Source of the DNA: Octopus sinensis
Taxonomy: Eukaryota
Assembly (NCBI RefSeq): GCF_006345805.1
Contig: NC_043003.1
Coordinates: forward strand, 23,312,001 to 23,376,000
DNA: 64,000 nucleotides
Direction of reading: 5' to 3'
This document shows positions 63,625 through 64,000 of the stretch, piece by piece (the first letter of the stretch is position 1; each line of letters starts with the position of its first letter). The notes under the pieces were generated by a model. The model did not search any database, was not told the DNA's origin, and worked only from the letters and a program-made list of their open reading frames with translations. The translations under genes were made by a program, and so were the position numbers.

Positions 63625-63990
63625 TCAACCGCACACCATACCTAGTAATACATGTGATTACAATCGGAAAAATTAAGAGATCAGAAATTGGGGATAGTGC
63701 AATGGCAAAACTTTTCCAACAACCATTTCTAACTCTTTCCGGAGGTATGGCAATGAACTAAATTCCTGCTACCACACATATCGCCTTCCAGCAGCAACGC
63801 CATCAACCCAGTTTCTAGCAGCTACACATAGACATCTGAATTAAACTTAAGGCCCTGTTCGAAAATGTGGGACGCTAGAACATTACTCTTACTGGAGTGA
63901 CACACACAAAGACCAACACTATGTGGGGAAACTTGGCTTTCACGATACCTGGATCTTCATATGGATTCTAAGCAAGTTACCTTTTTTTAA
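63625..63990 (-). mobile_element. Second maT/DD37D transposase remnant
   Basis: Decayed KFPHIVLVF...SHIFEQGLKFNSDVYV...AAGRRYVW...SDCNHMYY.VWCAVE. Confidence 0.72.
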
Positions 63991-64000
63991 GCGTGTTATG

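Overview
AT-rich, repeat-saturated eukaryotic DNA. The SINE families and microsatellite content look like an Octopus (coleoid cephalopod) intronic or intergenic region; this rests on recognising the repeats, not on a database search. I could not support any intact protein-coding gene, and nearly all long ORFs in the track are translations of (TA)n/(CA)n/(AAT)n microsatellites. The window holds three abundant tRNA-derived SINE families, internally deleted mariner and Tc1 elements, and maT (DD37D) remnants. It also holds fragments of Penelope-like (RT + GIY-YIG), R4/Dong, RTE and CR1-like retroelements, several fold-back elements and two recent tandem duplications. The main observation is a cluster of type I hammerhead ribozyme (HHR) motifs: about 12 copies from about 8 unrelated sequence families. 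In three unrelated families the ribozymes lie in the same back-to-back inverted duplication, minus-strand copy on the left and plus-strand copy on the right: 8430-8873 (both cores intact), 30959-31259 and 32170-32960 (retrozyme-like monomers of about 315-345 bp). A tRNA-headed SINE carries an internal HHR, and an RTE insertion shows a twin-priming-type 5' inversion with a 13-bp TSD. All coordinates were read by eye; repeat boundaries are approximate and no folding or alignment was computed.
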